Positions 1 through 13,600 of a stretch of DNA of 43,112 nt are shown here, piece after piece (position 1 is the first letter of the stretch; every line of letters starts with the position of its first letter). The translations under genes were made by a program, and so were the position numbers. The notes below the pieces were generated by a model that worked only from the letters and a program-made list of their open reading frames with translations, did not search any database and had not been told where the DNA came from. The stretch spans positions 1 to 43,112 of the forward strand of contig LPNZ01010481.1 of the NCBI GenBank assembly GCA_001655205.1. Direction: 5' to 3'. This stretch comes from Lenisia limosa (Eukaryota > Protista > Breviatea).

Positions 1-3000
1 CTGCCGGAAACTGCACGTGTCCTGCTGGCGAGGCTTTCAGGACCACCACCTGCCAAATCATCCCCCGTGGGTCCCGGGCTGTTTTCCTTAGGTTCCCTTC
101 GGTCCAAAAAAGATATAAATCTGTATAGCGATTATTACCAGGATTTTTTGTACCAACCCCTCCCACTCCAAAGTGCCTCATTTGTAAAGGGCTAAATGCT
201 TATTTTGCTTATTGACGTGATGGGATGCGGCGCTGCAGAAGCGACTGGCCTGGACTTTGTTTGTTTTGTTGTTCCCAGTCCTCGTGATTTTGGGCTTCTT
301 TTTTTTGTTGTTTCGTAAATGTTCCACTTTTTCTCTCNNNNNNNNNNNNNNNNNNNNNNNNNNNNNNNNNNNNNNNNNNNNNNNNNNNNNNNNNNNNNNN
401 NNNNNNNNNNNNNNNNNNNNNNNNNNNNNNNNNNNNNNNNNNNNNNNNNNNNNNNNNNNNTTACTCGAATCTTCCTTACCACATAGCCTGTGATGATACC
501 TGTAACACCTGTGCGGACTCCTTTGACGCTCCCGCCGTCTGTACCACCTGCATTGTATGTTGGACCTTGCTAAATTATTGTGGGGAGGCACGCAGAAAGC
601 TGTGTACACAGTGTTTTGGGTGAATTAGTATGATACTATATTTAAATATCTTTTATAGGGGTGATGGTGTGCGGCCAGATCAACCTTGTTTTTTTATTTC
701 TCATTGCTCTATATCATAATCTTTGTAATATACACGGTATGTATACTATTATATGCTGAGCAGTGATGACGGAAAATCGTAGTAACAACAACACTTGGAA
801 TTAACGGAAAAATTTTGGACCTTGTATGCCACAGGTTATCCAGTTATACTGCTTTTACCGGACTGATTTTGTTTTTGATACTTTCATAGCTTTTGTGTCA
901 GTTGATATCCTGTTTGTCACCCCCCCCCCCGCCAGGACGGGCGTATGACCAACATGGCTGGAGCATGCACGTGCCCTGGNNNNNNNNNNNNNNNNNNNNN
1001 NNNNNNNNNNNNNNNNNNNNNNNNNNNNNNNNNNNNNNNNNNNNNNNNNNNNNNNNNNNNNNNNAGTCTTTCACCCCCACAGATGCACAGCTTTTTTTTT
1101 TGCTTGATAAAGCTCTTCCTCACCACATTAGCCTGTGATGATACCTGTGGCACCTGTGCGGACTCTTTTGACGCTCCCGCCGTCTGCTCCACCTGCAAGG
1201 TGGGGGGGGGGGGGGCNNNNNNNNNNNNNNNNNNNNNNNNNNNNNNNNNNNNNNNNNNNNNNNNNCTTTTTGGGTATATTTTTTTATTAAAAATTTCACC
1301 CCTCGCAGGATGTCAGCATGACCAAATCCGCTGAGGGTGTGTGTACCTGTCAAGCTGGCAAGTCTCTGTACCATGGTGTATGCACACCCACTCCTCGTAG
1401 GCATGGGAAAAGGACAAGGCTCAACTTTCACCAGAATTGAAAGAGTCGATTTTGATAAAGAGGCTCGTCCCAACTTTTATTTTTCTTGATTTGGCTTGAC
1501 AGAAGCATAAATGGGGCTAACGAACAAATTTTAAAGTCATCCTTCAGCCTGCGATGTTACCTGCAGCACCTGTGAAGATTCATTTGACTCACCCACCGTC
1601 TGCACCACCTGCAAGGTTNNNNNNNNNNNNNNNNNNNNNNNNNNNNNNNNNNNNNNNNNNNNNNNNNNNNNNNNNNNNNNNNNNNNNNNNNNNNNNNNNN
1701 NNNNNNNNNNNNNNNNNNNNNNNNNNNNNNNNNNNNNNNNNNNNNNNNNNNNNNNNNNNNNNNNNNNNNNNNNNNNNNNNNNNCCATTGGGTAAATTCGT
1801 TATGTTGTTTCCTCCTCTTCTGTACCTTTGCTTCCATTCATTACCTGACGTCTGATTGAAGCTTCAAGAAACCTAGTCTTCCCCTCTTCCTCACCACATA
1901 GCCTGTGATGAAACCTGCGACACCTGTGCGGACTCCTTTGACGCTCCCGCCGTCTGCTCAACGTGCAAGGTGGGGGGAATACCAACCTAGCTTCATGTGG
2001 TGTAATGCACTTTCGATTGTTATTCTCATCCTGCTCTTGCTTTGTTCATCCAGCAGGATGTGGTAATGACAAACTCCGGTGGCACCTGTACTTGTCCTGC
2101 ACTCCAAGCCCTCTACCATGGGGTATGCACCAACATCCCAGGTATGCCATGGTGTGCGTTCTCCAAAAGACTGGATTGTTTTTAGCCAAGTCCCAGTCTA
2201 GGCTGAAGCTTTGGGTTGCTTTTCGAATGCTAGATGTCTTCTGAAATTAACTTCTTTATGTCTTTGCTGTTTCACACTATTTGTGAAATGATATCTCTTT
2301 CCAAGCTAACAATCTCATTTGCTTTTAGACTGTGCTGAAACTTGCGACACCTGTGCGGACTCGTTTGACGCTCCAGCCGTCTGCACCACCTGCAAGGTGG
2401 GGGGGGGGGGGGNNNNNNNNNNNNNNNNNNNNNNNNNNNNNNNNNNNNNNNNNNNNNNNNNNNNNNNNNNNNNNNNNNNNNNNNNNNNNNNNNNNNNNNA
2501 ATTCAAACCCACCAAATCATTTCGGATTTCATTGTTTTATTGTTTCATGGGGCAACAGTCACATCTTTGCTCAGCTTTTGCGTTAACTCGGACAGGATCC
2601 CATGATGCTCAAGAACATGACCGGATACTGCTCGTGCCCAGCCCCCTCCGAGCTCATTTCAGGCTCCTGTGGTAGGCCTCCAGAAGATATTTCCTTAATT
2701 AATGTTTTGGGGAATTATTAGTGGTGGTTTTGATTAGTCCCCCGCAATTGTTGTATTTTGAAGACCGAAGTAGTACCTCGGAGCTAAATTTATTCCTGAA
2801 CGCCATAGTACAATGCGCGGACTCGCCAAGCGCCATACCGGATCACGCAACAGTCTCATGCGAGAGCCCCGCTGCGCCCGGGTACTCGTGCTTGGTCAAA
2901 TGCAACGATGGCTATGAAGCCAACACCGTCAAGGCCACTTGTCAGAATGTAGGCCACGTCTGTGTTTCTAAATGGGCTTCATTTGCTTTGGAAAGAGCAG

Positions 3001-3584
3001 AAGTCGAGAGTTTTCGGAAATGGATTGAGAAATTGGGAAAAAACACCGTATTTGTGTTTTAGGTTACACCCTCCAATCCTATTTCACCCCTTTAGACAGG
3101 AGCCTGGTCTATGCCTTCCATGGAGTGTGTGAAAGTAACTGTCGAGGAGATTGAATCTTCCGTATGGGGGAGGGGGTGAACAGGAGGCAGTATCACATTG
3201 TTAGTGGCATTAGTAGGGCTTCACTTTGGTCTGAAAAAAAAACCGATAAAATATCGATAGCTTTCGAGGAACTATCGAGAAATTCAGTCTTTTTTCGAAC
3301 CAAAGTGAAGTCCAAATGGTTAGTTCTGCTCTTCGACCTGAGTACTGGAGTAGCTTAGTTTCGTGTTCATTCCTTGCCAAGTGCTTACCCCTAAGGACGA
3401 CAAGGGGGTGGTGATAACAAGTGTGGACTCGACGACTGAGATGGCGATTGGCGGGATCAGCGCGCTGGTGCTTGTTGCTGCTGCGTTCCTGTGCTGCTGC
3501 AAGTCTGAAAGCAAACGGCCAAAGCAGTGGGCTTCTGGCTTTGTCTTGGACAAAGGAGGGGTTCCTTCCTTGAATACGGACTAG
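1..3584 (+). CDS. Type I membrane protein with furin/VSP-like Cys-rich repeats, one Sushi/CCP domain and a single TM helix (5' partial, spliced)
   Basis: Five 68-nt exons (487-554, 1132-1199, 1548-1615, 1902-1969, 2329-2396) encode C-D/A-x-T-C-x-T-C-A/E-D-S-F-D-A/S-P-A/T-V-C-x-T-C. They alternate with partner exons (936-978, 1309-1396, 2057-2141, 2596-2671, e.g. DVVMTNSGGTCTCPALQALYHGVCTNIP). Exons 2809-2948 and 3096-3161 give a Sushi-like CADSPSAIP...CLVKCNDGYEA...ATCQNTGAWSMPSMEC. This is followed by TM AIGGISALVLVAAAFL and then CCCK. The stop is at 3582-3584 if the TM exon is unspliced; an alternative last exon ending at 3844 is possible. Confidence 0.85.
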
Positions 3585-4108
3585 CTTTCCATATCGTTTT
3601 TGTGTCTTGCCTCATAAATTCCTACTTCCTATGCTGGGTTTGATTCTCTTGACCCAAGCCTTCATCCTATGGGTATTTTTTTCTGTTCAATTGCCAGAGC
3701 TCTATGAGCCTAGTTTCAATAGAAACTTTACTGCACATTAACGTTGACCTCTCCAGCTCAATCAAGGACGGCATTGGTACCCTGGAGTTCGAAAGCTTTG
3801 ATGCGTCAACGCTTGCTAATAATAACCAAATGTCTACAGTTTAGTGTAATATAGTTCCTTTTGTTTTTTTTTGGATATGGATATGACCGACATCCTTGTT
3901 GGTTGACCATTTTGATTGTGTTCCCCGACGGTCGGCTCCCAGAAATCCAGTCAATTTGACAATTCCGAAATTAGTAGGTATTTGACTGAATTTGATTTCT
4001 TTTAAAATGTGGCGGCAGGCGGCAGTCAAGAGTTTCAGCTCCTGCACAATATATACAACTTCTATAAAGCGAAATAGCAACTGACAGTTTTTGTCAACAT
4101 CTTTCATA

Positions 4109-7100
4109 ATGGGTAGAATCGAAGAAATCGACTCTGATTATGATGATGTTCCGGCACCAATGGAACCCGATGATGAGGAGTCTGGACCCCCACCTCTTGA
4201 AGATGAAGAAGACTTTGATGATGTTGAGGCAGTGCGCCCTGAACTTCCCGAGGAATACGCCAAAGGATGTGCTGCATTCCAAAACGACGACTTGAAGCTG
4301 GCTGAAGACGTAGGAAGAATATTCCTGCAAATCATCGATAATCTCACCACAACTCCTCTCTCTTCCCTTCCTCTTCCGATATACGTGCAATAATTACTAT
4401 AAAATCTAACAAATGTACAGCTTTTAATGAAGGCTTGCTCCCGCACCACCACTCCCGAACACTTGTTGAAAGCAGCTACTGAGCTTGCTCGTGCTCTTGT
4501 TGCCCAGGAGAAGTTTCCTCTTTCGGAGGGTGTCCTCTGCTCAGGTATGTGGAAAGAGCTCCTTTTAACTGGGGTGCATTTTAGGCAGGTCATTCTGTGA
4601 TCACGGTTGTACATGAACGTAAATGTTTTGTCTATTTTGTGTTATTGACGGTTGTAGCGGATGGACGGCGTACAAAGGACATTTCTAAGGCTTCTTCAAT
4701 ACCAATTGAGGTGGGAAATGCTTAGAATCTTCTTGTTGACGTTAATCGTCCCCCCCCCCCCCNNNNNNNNNNNNNNNNNNNNNNNNNNNNNNNNNNNNNN
4801 NNNNNNNNNNNNNNNNNNNNNNNNNNNNNNNNNNNNNNNNNNNNNNTAGCAAGGCTTTCGAGAAGGGCGCACTGGTTGGAGACTTCTTTTCCCGCGAGAA
4901 CCACAAGGCTGCTATCACTCGTCTCATCCCTATAATGGAGTCCATGCCCAATGGTGGGCTTTTCTTGCCTTTCTTATATGATGGGGCCTCGATGGGTTCA
5001 AATGTTCAACTGATAATATCGTTCTCTTACCATAAGTGGTCTTTTGATGCGAGAACTTAGAAGCAGATTGCTTCGAAAGTGATGATCTGAACCCCTTGTT
5101 GACTTCAACAGCCATTCGTCTCAATGGCCTTAAGTGGCTCAACATGCGCTTTGTAACGGAGTATGGAGATCAGCCTCTCATGGTGCGCTACCGCATTCGA
5201 GCCAGCATTGCCCATTGCCTCATGGTTTCTGGCATGCCTGGCGCCGCCGCGTGAGTGGGTGTAAACATACGTTTTGGACTTGGTGCATATTCTGGTCTGG
5301 TCATCCCTACGTTTTCAGAATAAAAAAAGACCAAATTTTCGGATAAGTCCTTGATATATATTGATATTTTTCTTTTCATTTTTTGGACCGTAGGAAAGCT
5401 GTACATATGATATAAACGCTCAAAAGAAACAGCTTAATAATTGCTCTCGGGCTCATATCGAGATAGAATTATGTAAGAGCTTTAATTGGTGACTTAAATT
5501 ACTTTAGTTACCCCCCCCCCTCTCTTTACGTTTTTAACAACGTAACTCACTGAGCACAGCCGCTTGATCCNNNNNNNNNNNNNNNNNNNNNNNNNNNNNN
5601 NNNNNNNNNNNNNNNNNNNNNNNNNNNNNNNNNNNNNNNNNNNNNNNNNNNNNNNNNNNNNNNNNNNNNNNNNNNNNNNNCGCCTGTGTATGAGGGGGGG
5701 CAGGGGGCAGATCAAGGTCAAATATTATCTTGTTTTTTTATTGAGAGTTAAAGTTTGGATTTCTGATCTCTTGAAAGTGGTCTTGCAGGTGAAAAGAGTG
5801 GTTAATCAATATTGTGGGGGGAACTTTCTTTTCTTGATCTCTCCTAATGAGCCGTAGAAATCATCAAGCGAAGCTCTGAAAGCAAGCACAAAAGGTTGGG
5901 GGGGGGGGGNNNNNNNNNNNNNNNNNNNNNNNNNNNNNNNNCCCTAGCCTACAAACTGGAAAGTGCAGAAAACACCAAGAAGAGTGCTCGAGCCCTTGAC
6001 ATCCTTCTTCTCCACGGCAAGTCCCTCATCATGTGTGAGAAGAAAGATAAGGCTATTTCTATATTTAAGGTAAGGGGTTGCCCCTTCAGTCACCCAGTTG
6101 AACATCTCAGGTTTTTTTTTTACAAAAATACAAATATCAAACATTCCGATTGACCCCCCCCCCCCNNNNNNNNNNNNNNNNNNNNNNNNNNNNNNNNNNN
6201 NNNNNNNNNNNNNNNNNNNNNNNNNNNNNNNNNNNNNNNNNNNNNNNNNNNNNNNNNNNNNNNNNNNNNNNNNNNNNNNNNNNGGAGTCTGAGCGGCTCT
6301 ACGACATGTTATGCAGGTTAGCTCAATTCTTTTGCTGGGTGCTCCCTTAAGGCTGGCTTCTACTGTTTCTTCACCCTCCCTATTATCCCTCTCACTAGTT
6401 CGTACCTGTTTGATACTTTGTGTTATCTCAGTGTTTAGTTTCTCTTTTTTTGTCTATTGATTCAAAAACAGTATTTTACCCCCCCCCCCATATTTTTTCT
6501 GAGTCATTGGATCCAGTACCACAGAATCACTTGGCCTGGGCTTATTGTTTTGGTCTTTTGTCTTAAATGAGCTGACGGGGCTGATACTTAGTTTTTTATT
6601 GGTTCTATTCAATTCTATTTAATATGTTCTCGTTTTACTCGGATGTAGCACAGCTCAAGATGAAACGGTGGAAATTCCCACTGCTGGCCGTGAAATGGTG
6701 TGCAACAAATGCAGCAAACTTGGTGGGGGGGGGGGGTNNNNNNNNNNNNNNNNNNNNNNNNNNNNNNNNNNNNNNNNNNNNNNNNNNNNNNNNNNNNNNN
6801 NNNNNNNNNNNNNNNNNNNNNNNNNNTAGTTTAATTCCATTGGGTCAATTACAGCTCACTGTTTAGAAGCAAAGTTCATCTGCTCATCGTGTAAAACCGT
6901 GTACTACTGCAGCGAAGTGAGGGGCGGTGGAGTATCTTTTTGACGGTATTATCATATGATAGTGAAGGCTTCCTCAGAATTCGTCGTGGCATTGTCATTT
7001 TGAGCTTTGTTATCAATACACATACAATTCATGGGGTTTCTCATTCACGCTCCAGAGCTGTCAAAAGGATGACTGGAAGGAACACAAGAAGCCCTGTAAG

Positions 7101-7133
7101 GCCATCCGAAAGAAGCAAGCAGCAGGGCAATGA
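4109..7133 (+). CDS. Acidic N-terminus + TPR-like helical repeats + C-terminal MYND zinc finger protein (spliced, some exons in gaps)
   Basis: ATG at 4109; exon 4109-4309 is D/E/P-rich. TPR-like exons include LLKAATELARALVAQEKFPLSEGVL and ALDILLLHGKSLIMCEKKDKAISIFK. A perfect GTGAGT donor at ~5251 shows the ORF continues past the apparent TGA. The last three exons splice to CNKCSKLEAKFICSSCKTVYYCSESCQKDDWKEHKKPCK, the MYND Cys/His pattern. TGA at 7131-7133. Confidence 0.8.
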
Positions 7134-7631
7134 AGAGTTTATTAGGGTTTGTTGCTTGATCAAGTCCTTACCGTGTCTTACACCTGTTATTTCTAATACA
7201 CTTTCTTGAAGCCGATTTCAAAGATGATGATTCAGCAAGTGAACCTTGGGGAAGCAAGCCAAAGCAAGCAAGCATTTTGGGAATATAATATGGAAGTATG
7301 TGTTATATGTTCGAAACTGTAAACCATATGATATCGCGTTTATAAGGCTTTAATTATTATATCTATCCACCCATTATTACAACTACATACGCATAGTTCC
7401 AGTATTGTCAAATCACAGACTACTATACATCCACTACTTGTTGTTTTAATATGATTCATATTTTGGCAGCCAATGACAGGTTGCTATGAACTTGTGGGTT
7501 CTTCGGGAAAAGTTCCATAGACATTGGTAAATAGCGTATATAAACATACCTAGATTAAAGACAAATCAGAAAAGTGACATTAATATAATAGAGAGAAACA
7601 AAGAAAAAAAAACATAAAGCATGATAAGGAG

Positions 7632-10600
7632 TTATGTGCTGACGAACGTGGCAAGAGAAGCGTTTAGACCAGCAACACTAGGCTGAAAGACATTAGAAAG
7701 CAGAACAAAAAGAGGGGGGGCGGTGGTGGTGTAATTCCAGAGTATATGTTCATTTTTACTCCAATGAAATGTGTATTATGAGAACCAGAAAAATATGATG
7801 CACCCCCCACTGCAGAGGAGCTAGGACCGAAAGTATCAGGACCACTAAACAGTGAATACAAAACCAAACGGTGAGAAGTAGGGTCAAATGGCTAGTTAGG
7901 TTAATAAATTACAAAAGAGTTGAATCTGCCCAAACGACCAGTAAAAAAAAGCTTACAGTCTGCTTTCCACCAGGTGGCGGAGAATTGGGTCAATTACGGA
8001 GGGTTTCGGGGGGTTCTTGTGTATTGTGAGCTAATTGTATGTTAGAAAAAACAAAAAACAGACCCAAACAATGTGTTTTGTGTGTATCGTATCTAACTAC
8101 ATGTATACCTGTGTAATCCTGAAAAGTTGCTAATACTAATACAAAGTTGAAGCAGCTAGAGTAGTCAACATCGGCAAACCATGAAGGCCAGGGATCGTCT
8201 CAAGGGGTGTGTGGATGAGGGAGACTGGAGAATTTGGTGACATCCATCACAGGTACACTCAAGGGCGCTTCGAATTCGAATATGACCTGCGTAAGTGAAT
8301 TTTGCGTTTGCTAGTGCTTCCCAAAGGATAGTAAGAGTTATTACTATCACTACAGTACAGTTACATTTCATATCACTGGTGAACAACCGTTTTATGAAAT
8401 GGTACTATTATAATTGACTGTCTAATACACTTCAGTTGAACTCTCGTGTCATTCCGACTTGAAAGTCTGTCATATGATAATATTACTAGTGAGTGTCGGT
8501 TTACATTTCCCTTTTTGAGTCATCGTCACATGTGTTCGGTTCTTCACACAGTAATATGATATGATATTACATCAGGAACACATACAAGGAAAGATATAGC
8601 ACTAATATAATAGAGATGTTTTAAAACTTGGTGCTCTCACATTCCAAATGTACAAAGGATTGTCCGAAACAGGTTTGTAATATCTAGTCACCATACCTGG
8701 CTCTAAGGGCGGTAGGACAGCGCCACATTCAATGATAAAGTGTTCAATTTGGTTGACGATTGAAATCAGATCATGATGTGGGAGATTAGGTGAGGTGTAG
8801 ATTCGACGAAGAGTCATGAGCGATTCAATCTATGTTTGTGTCAGATTGGCAACACCAAATATACATATCATATATTACACACACATGCATTCATACACAT
8901 ATCATATAGTACATATCATATACATACATATAACCAACCAGTCCAGTCACATACCTGCATATTGGACGCTAAGAAAGGAAGGCACAGCATGTTAAAACGG
9001 ATACTCAGTGGGGTAGTCAATGAAAACGCCACGACTTGCCTCTATGGGTATTACATGATTACATAAAGGGAACTCATATCGGTCCCGATAAGGCAAATTA
9101 TGATATTTGGGAAAATACAAAAGCATGATGTGGTCCACTGTGAATACAAAAGACCATCATCCCAAACCTCTAATGTCAGAAGTGTCGCAGTGAAGAACTC
9201 ACAGCCTCGATCAATATCACCAGCACGGAAATATAGCAAACTTAGTAGTGATGCTAGATAGTAAGTACACAATATTGCCACAATAATGAATGCTAGTTTA
9301 TTTGATGAATGGGATTAAAAAGACATCAAGAGGACATGTTTTCAATTTGACGGTTCACTCCATCTTACCGTACCAACAAAGGAACTTGTCCCGTTGTAAG
9401 CTGTCCTTTGTGCTGTTGTGAAGATTTTGAATAATAGTCCACATATGGAAATCCAAACACTACAGAGTTAATGAGCTGATGAATTGTATCAATAGCAAGT
9501 ACTTGTTACTGAAAGAGCACTCAAGGATTGAATTTTTGGACTGTAGAGTTTAATTCCCTTCCATGACAATTGACAAGCCCCCCCCCCATTAAAACCAGGG
9601 TATTGTGCGTACTTTGACACATATCTGGAGAAGTGTTTGGGAAATTGGAAGAAGGCGACCATCATAGACTACGAATGGTGCGTCTGAAAGTTCAATTCCG
9701 TCAGGCAGGTATGGCAGCTGGACTCCAGTGTTCATCTTTACGGTCAGGATTGCCTACCGTCGCGATGGACCTCAACTTGGCACTCACAAGGTACATAACA
9801 AACCCACGCACATGTTCATCTACACTATTTGTTGAGTGCCTGTTGTCACTGACAAATGTAGAAAAGACGTCATCAAGAGATGAGTCCAGGTAGTGGAGCT
9901 GTGGAGCCTCGGTTTCCTCAGAGTACTGAGGGGGGTTGACGATTAGTAACTTTCGAAACATATTCCCATCAATCTCTGAAATTAAAAATCAGTGAAACAG
10001 AGAAACATAAGCTTCGCCAAACTAGTATCAATGATGTCTTGAGCCAACCTTGTGAGTGTTGGGGCTTCTGAAAACGAACTGCTGCGGCCACTCCTGACAG
10101 CCAGCACCAATAACCGGATTGATGAGACTGTGGGGTGAGGAGCTGCTAGATGGTACAGAATACAATTTCCAAAAATGAAATGACTGTAAACTCATCCATA
10201 TAATTTGTATTGGAGAAGTATCGGTTTCATGAGACTTGTCGGTCAATTGTCATACAAATGATTCCAAAGCACAAGCATATCATATCATAGTCGCAACATA
10301 TTTGTGGAAGCTCACTTGAGCATTGAGAGGAGGTTAAAGGAGTCTTCTTCCTTGGGGGGAGGCGGAGGCCTTATTTCGTCCCCTGAATCATTAGTCTTGT
10401 TGAAACCCAAAATATATCAAGACAATTCTGGGATGATCCAGCTTGAATTCTCTGAAATCTCTCATAATATCACTACATGATATTTTCTGAAATAACGAAC
10501 CAAGACAAGACGGCGAAATGGCCATGAGCATTTGCTGGGCGAACTGGAGCACTCCTGTAGCGTTCTCATTACTCATCAAACAATGCTGTCTTGTCGTTTC

Positions 10601-13600
10601 TGCCATCTATATAGTATGTCACGATGAAAATCAAGTAGCAATTGATCGGACCACTATAAGGAACTAAAATGACTTAGTTGCTATATTTACTGAAACTATG
10701 CTCTATGTCAAGAAAAAAAGGGTCATGATTATCCAATTTTCATGTGAATAAGGGGTTATCAATTTCATTATGGCATTTCTCACTTGGTAGGCAGCTTTCC
10801 AGTCACAGACTTCAAAATAGGCTCCAGCCAAGACGACGTAACCGTAAGCCAGTACATGACTGGCGGGATGGTACATCATTGCAAGACGCTCAATGTCAGC
10901 TAAGAGTCTGCAAAGTCATGAGGTAAATGCNNNNNNNNNNNNNNNNNNNNNNNNNNNNNNNNNNNNNNNNNNNNNNNNNNNNNNNCCGAGTTCAGCCTAA
11001 GTGACAGAAACGTGAGATTACAATTATGAGATCATAAATCGTTAACTGAAATCCTCTCAGTATATCAACAGCCACCACTTACACAAGAGCCTTTTCAAAG
11101 AGTCCAGTATTGAGTGCACTTGTGAAGCAAATCACACCGCTTAGGAACATTTCTGACTGCATCGTAAGCGATAAATAGTTATTCAACTAGACTAAATTTG
11201 GTACCAAAGTCTCCGAAAAAGACAAATAATTGCATCACCGCATCTCGTTTTCAACTAAGACTTACCATCGTTTGCGGTCTTGAGCATTCTTCACGGTAGC
11301 CTTGAAAAATGGATGAGGGTGATGATTCGTAGAAGTTATCTTAATGATCAAAAGTGCACAAGGCTGATAACGAACGAAGTTTCAATGAGCAAAGGGTTAA
11401 CTACACCTACCAATGAGATATTTCAGATCCATTTGTTTCACAATTCGATCATCAGCTCGAGCTATAAATGAATGTTATACAAAATGAAAAACGGAGTTGT
11501 TTGTGAAATCTAATGATACGTTAATATCCCTTATGCCCGTTGAAAGACACTTGATGATGTTTAATCCAACTTACGATTAGAATCGATGACAATCTTGGCG
11601 CTAAGACGGTCAGAGGCAGCACCCAAGTAAGCAATCATGTGTGATTTCAACCCACTTTTGAATGGACTCGAAAATCTGCTGACCCATGCTATGGGTACTT
11701 GAGGAGCTGCGGGAGGACATGCCCGGTGAAGACGTGACTGAACTGCGAGGGGGTTACAAATGTGGGTGTTTTTTTTTTAAAAAAACCAGACAAGATATTC
11801 TGATACATAGTACTTTATATCATGATATGATATACTATAATGCTATACTATATGATATACTATATATATATAACAAATAGGTTGTCGCCTACTTCGAAGG
11901 TAGCACTGCTTCTGATTCCACTAAAGATGTCATCAGAGGGAAATCAGAAAATTCAGGCGGAGCAGTATGTTTCAAACTCTTAACTAGAACCAAACAAATG
12001 ACATAGAGCAGATACATTACGTTAAGAGCATCACATATACTATCCATCAACCACCAACGCTGTTTGAGATCTGAAGCCCTTTCACGCCAACGTCCCTTGC
12101 TCTACTGTGGTTACACCAATTTGCATGGCTATCGTTATTTCAAAGCGTACAAAACAATCCACTGGAATAAAAGTATACAGTCAATCTGATAAGTTGTGGA
12201 ATAAAGGGTTTTTCTTGTTTCAGAGTCTATTTCCATCATTTTTTTTTGGAAATAAGCCATAGTCAGTCAAGCTGATTCCCCACTTTTTTTTTTGAATTTT
12301 CGCCTTATGACTTTTGTCGGGCACTTAAAACACACGTTTTTTTACCCTTTTTTGAGCTTTTTTACTAACTGCACTTTGTTAAAAACTGTTGTTTTTTTGA
12401 AAAAAAGAGGTAGATTTGATTGTTTCCGACAAATTCCCCCACTCACGGATTTCTTCACGATACTACCATCATTTGTAAGTTTGAACATGCTGTACTGTGC
12501 CTGTGGGAGTCACGATAAAGCAGAAAGCCGGAAACAGATGTCAATTGAAGCATAGTTTATAACAGAGGGGAAAAATATGGAGGACAACAATTGTAAGACA
12601 AAGAACGTACAGTAGGATCCGGTCTTCTTCCAAGTTTCTTGGTATCCGGCTGGGTGCACACTGCGTTGTTAGGGTGTTGAAGCTGTGGGGAATATACTCG
12701 ATATAGTATATATATATATGATATATCTAATTATAATGACTGCACCAAATACGAATGTCATTAAGTAGAAGGAGTCACCATATACTAAATGGTTACTAAT
12801 AATGCGTCCGAAAACAAGGCTTTAAACAATAACAACCAAAGGTTCGGGCGGGCCCAAGTAGTTCAAAATTTGAGTTTCCCTTCTGTCCCGATTCTAAACA
12901 TAGCATTTTCCATCTATCTGGCCTTTTAATTGTCCATCAGACTTGACAGAATGTCCAACATACTAGGCCCAGCGAAAGCCCAGTAAATGATACAAACCGT
13001 CACTTGGCTGCCTGCTCACCTATGCCCTTTTTTGAACAGTAAAAACATGAGGTGCTCTCGTTTGCATCGTCAGGAAACCTGACAAGTAATAATGTGACTT
13101 TATGCGAGAGATCACTTGGTGATCACGAGAGAAATAACCAGAATGGAGAAGAAAGGAGTCACTCCCCCTCCCCCAAAGAAAAGGATCAGAATAGCTAAGG
13201 CTGAAATGAGTCAGTTTTGGCAAGAGGGTAAGCCACAATGAATATTCAAGCTGGAGAGCAAAAAAAAAAGCAACGCAGAGCCCTTTAATAGCAAAAAGAC
13301 ACACCAACACCAATAAAGCTAGTTGTAGGAAGGCGAATAGAATGTAAATGGCCGAGATAAGGAACACAAAATGTTGGTGTTTTAGCGAAACTACCAAATA
13401 AATTACTAAACATCCCCTTAATTCTTCCAAGCTTCATTGCTTCTTAAGCAGTGTTACTTCTTGGAAGATTGGGATACAGAATTTCAAGAAAACCACCTGA
13501 GAAGACCAGCCCCTATGCTCTCCCAATTGGGCTCCACATGAACGTAAAAGAACCATTTTTATGAAACAAACTCGGCATACACGCATTTCTTCTTGAGTTT

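Noticed and set aside
763-866. Intronic C/D box snoRNA (GTGATGA...CTGA)
   Set aside because: No terminal stem, and only a 9-nt imperfect match to a remembered LSU rRNA segment; it would need snoscan.
7600-12200. Degenerate transposon
   Set aside because: No transposase/RT motifs, TIRs or LTRs; the fragments are GT-AG exons of the Zn2Cys6 gene.
13140-13235. Plus-strand NLS-like exon MEKKGVTPPPPKKRIRIAK
   Set aside because: It lies antisense within TF intron 1, has no in-frame acceptor or start context, and has no partner exons.
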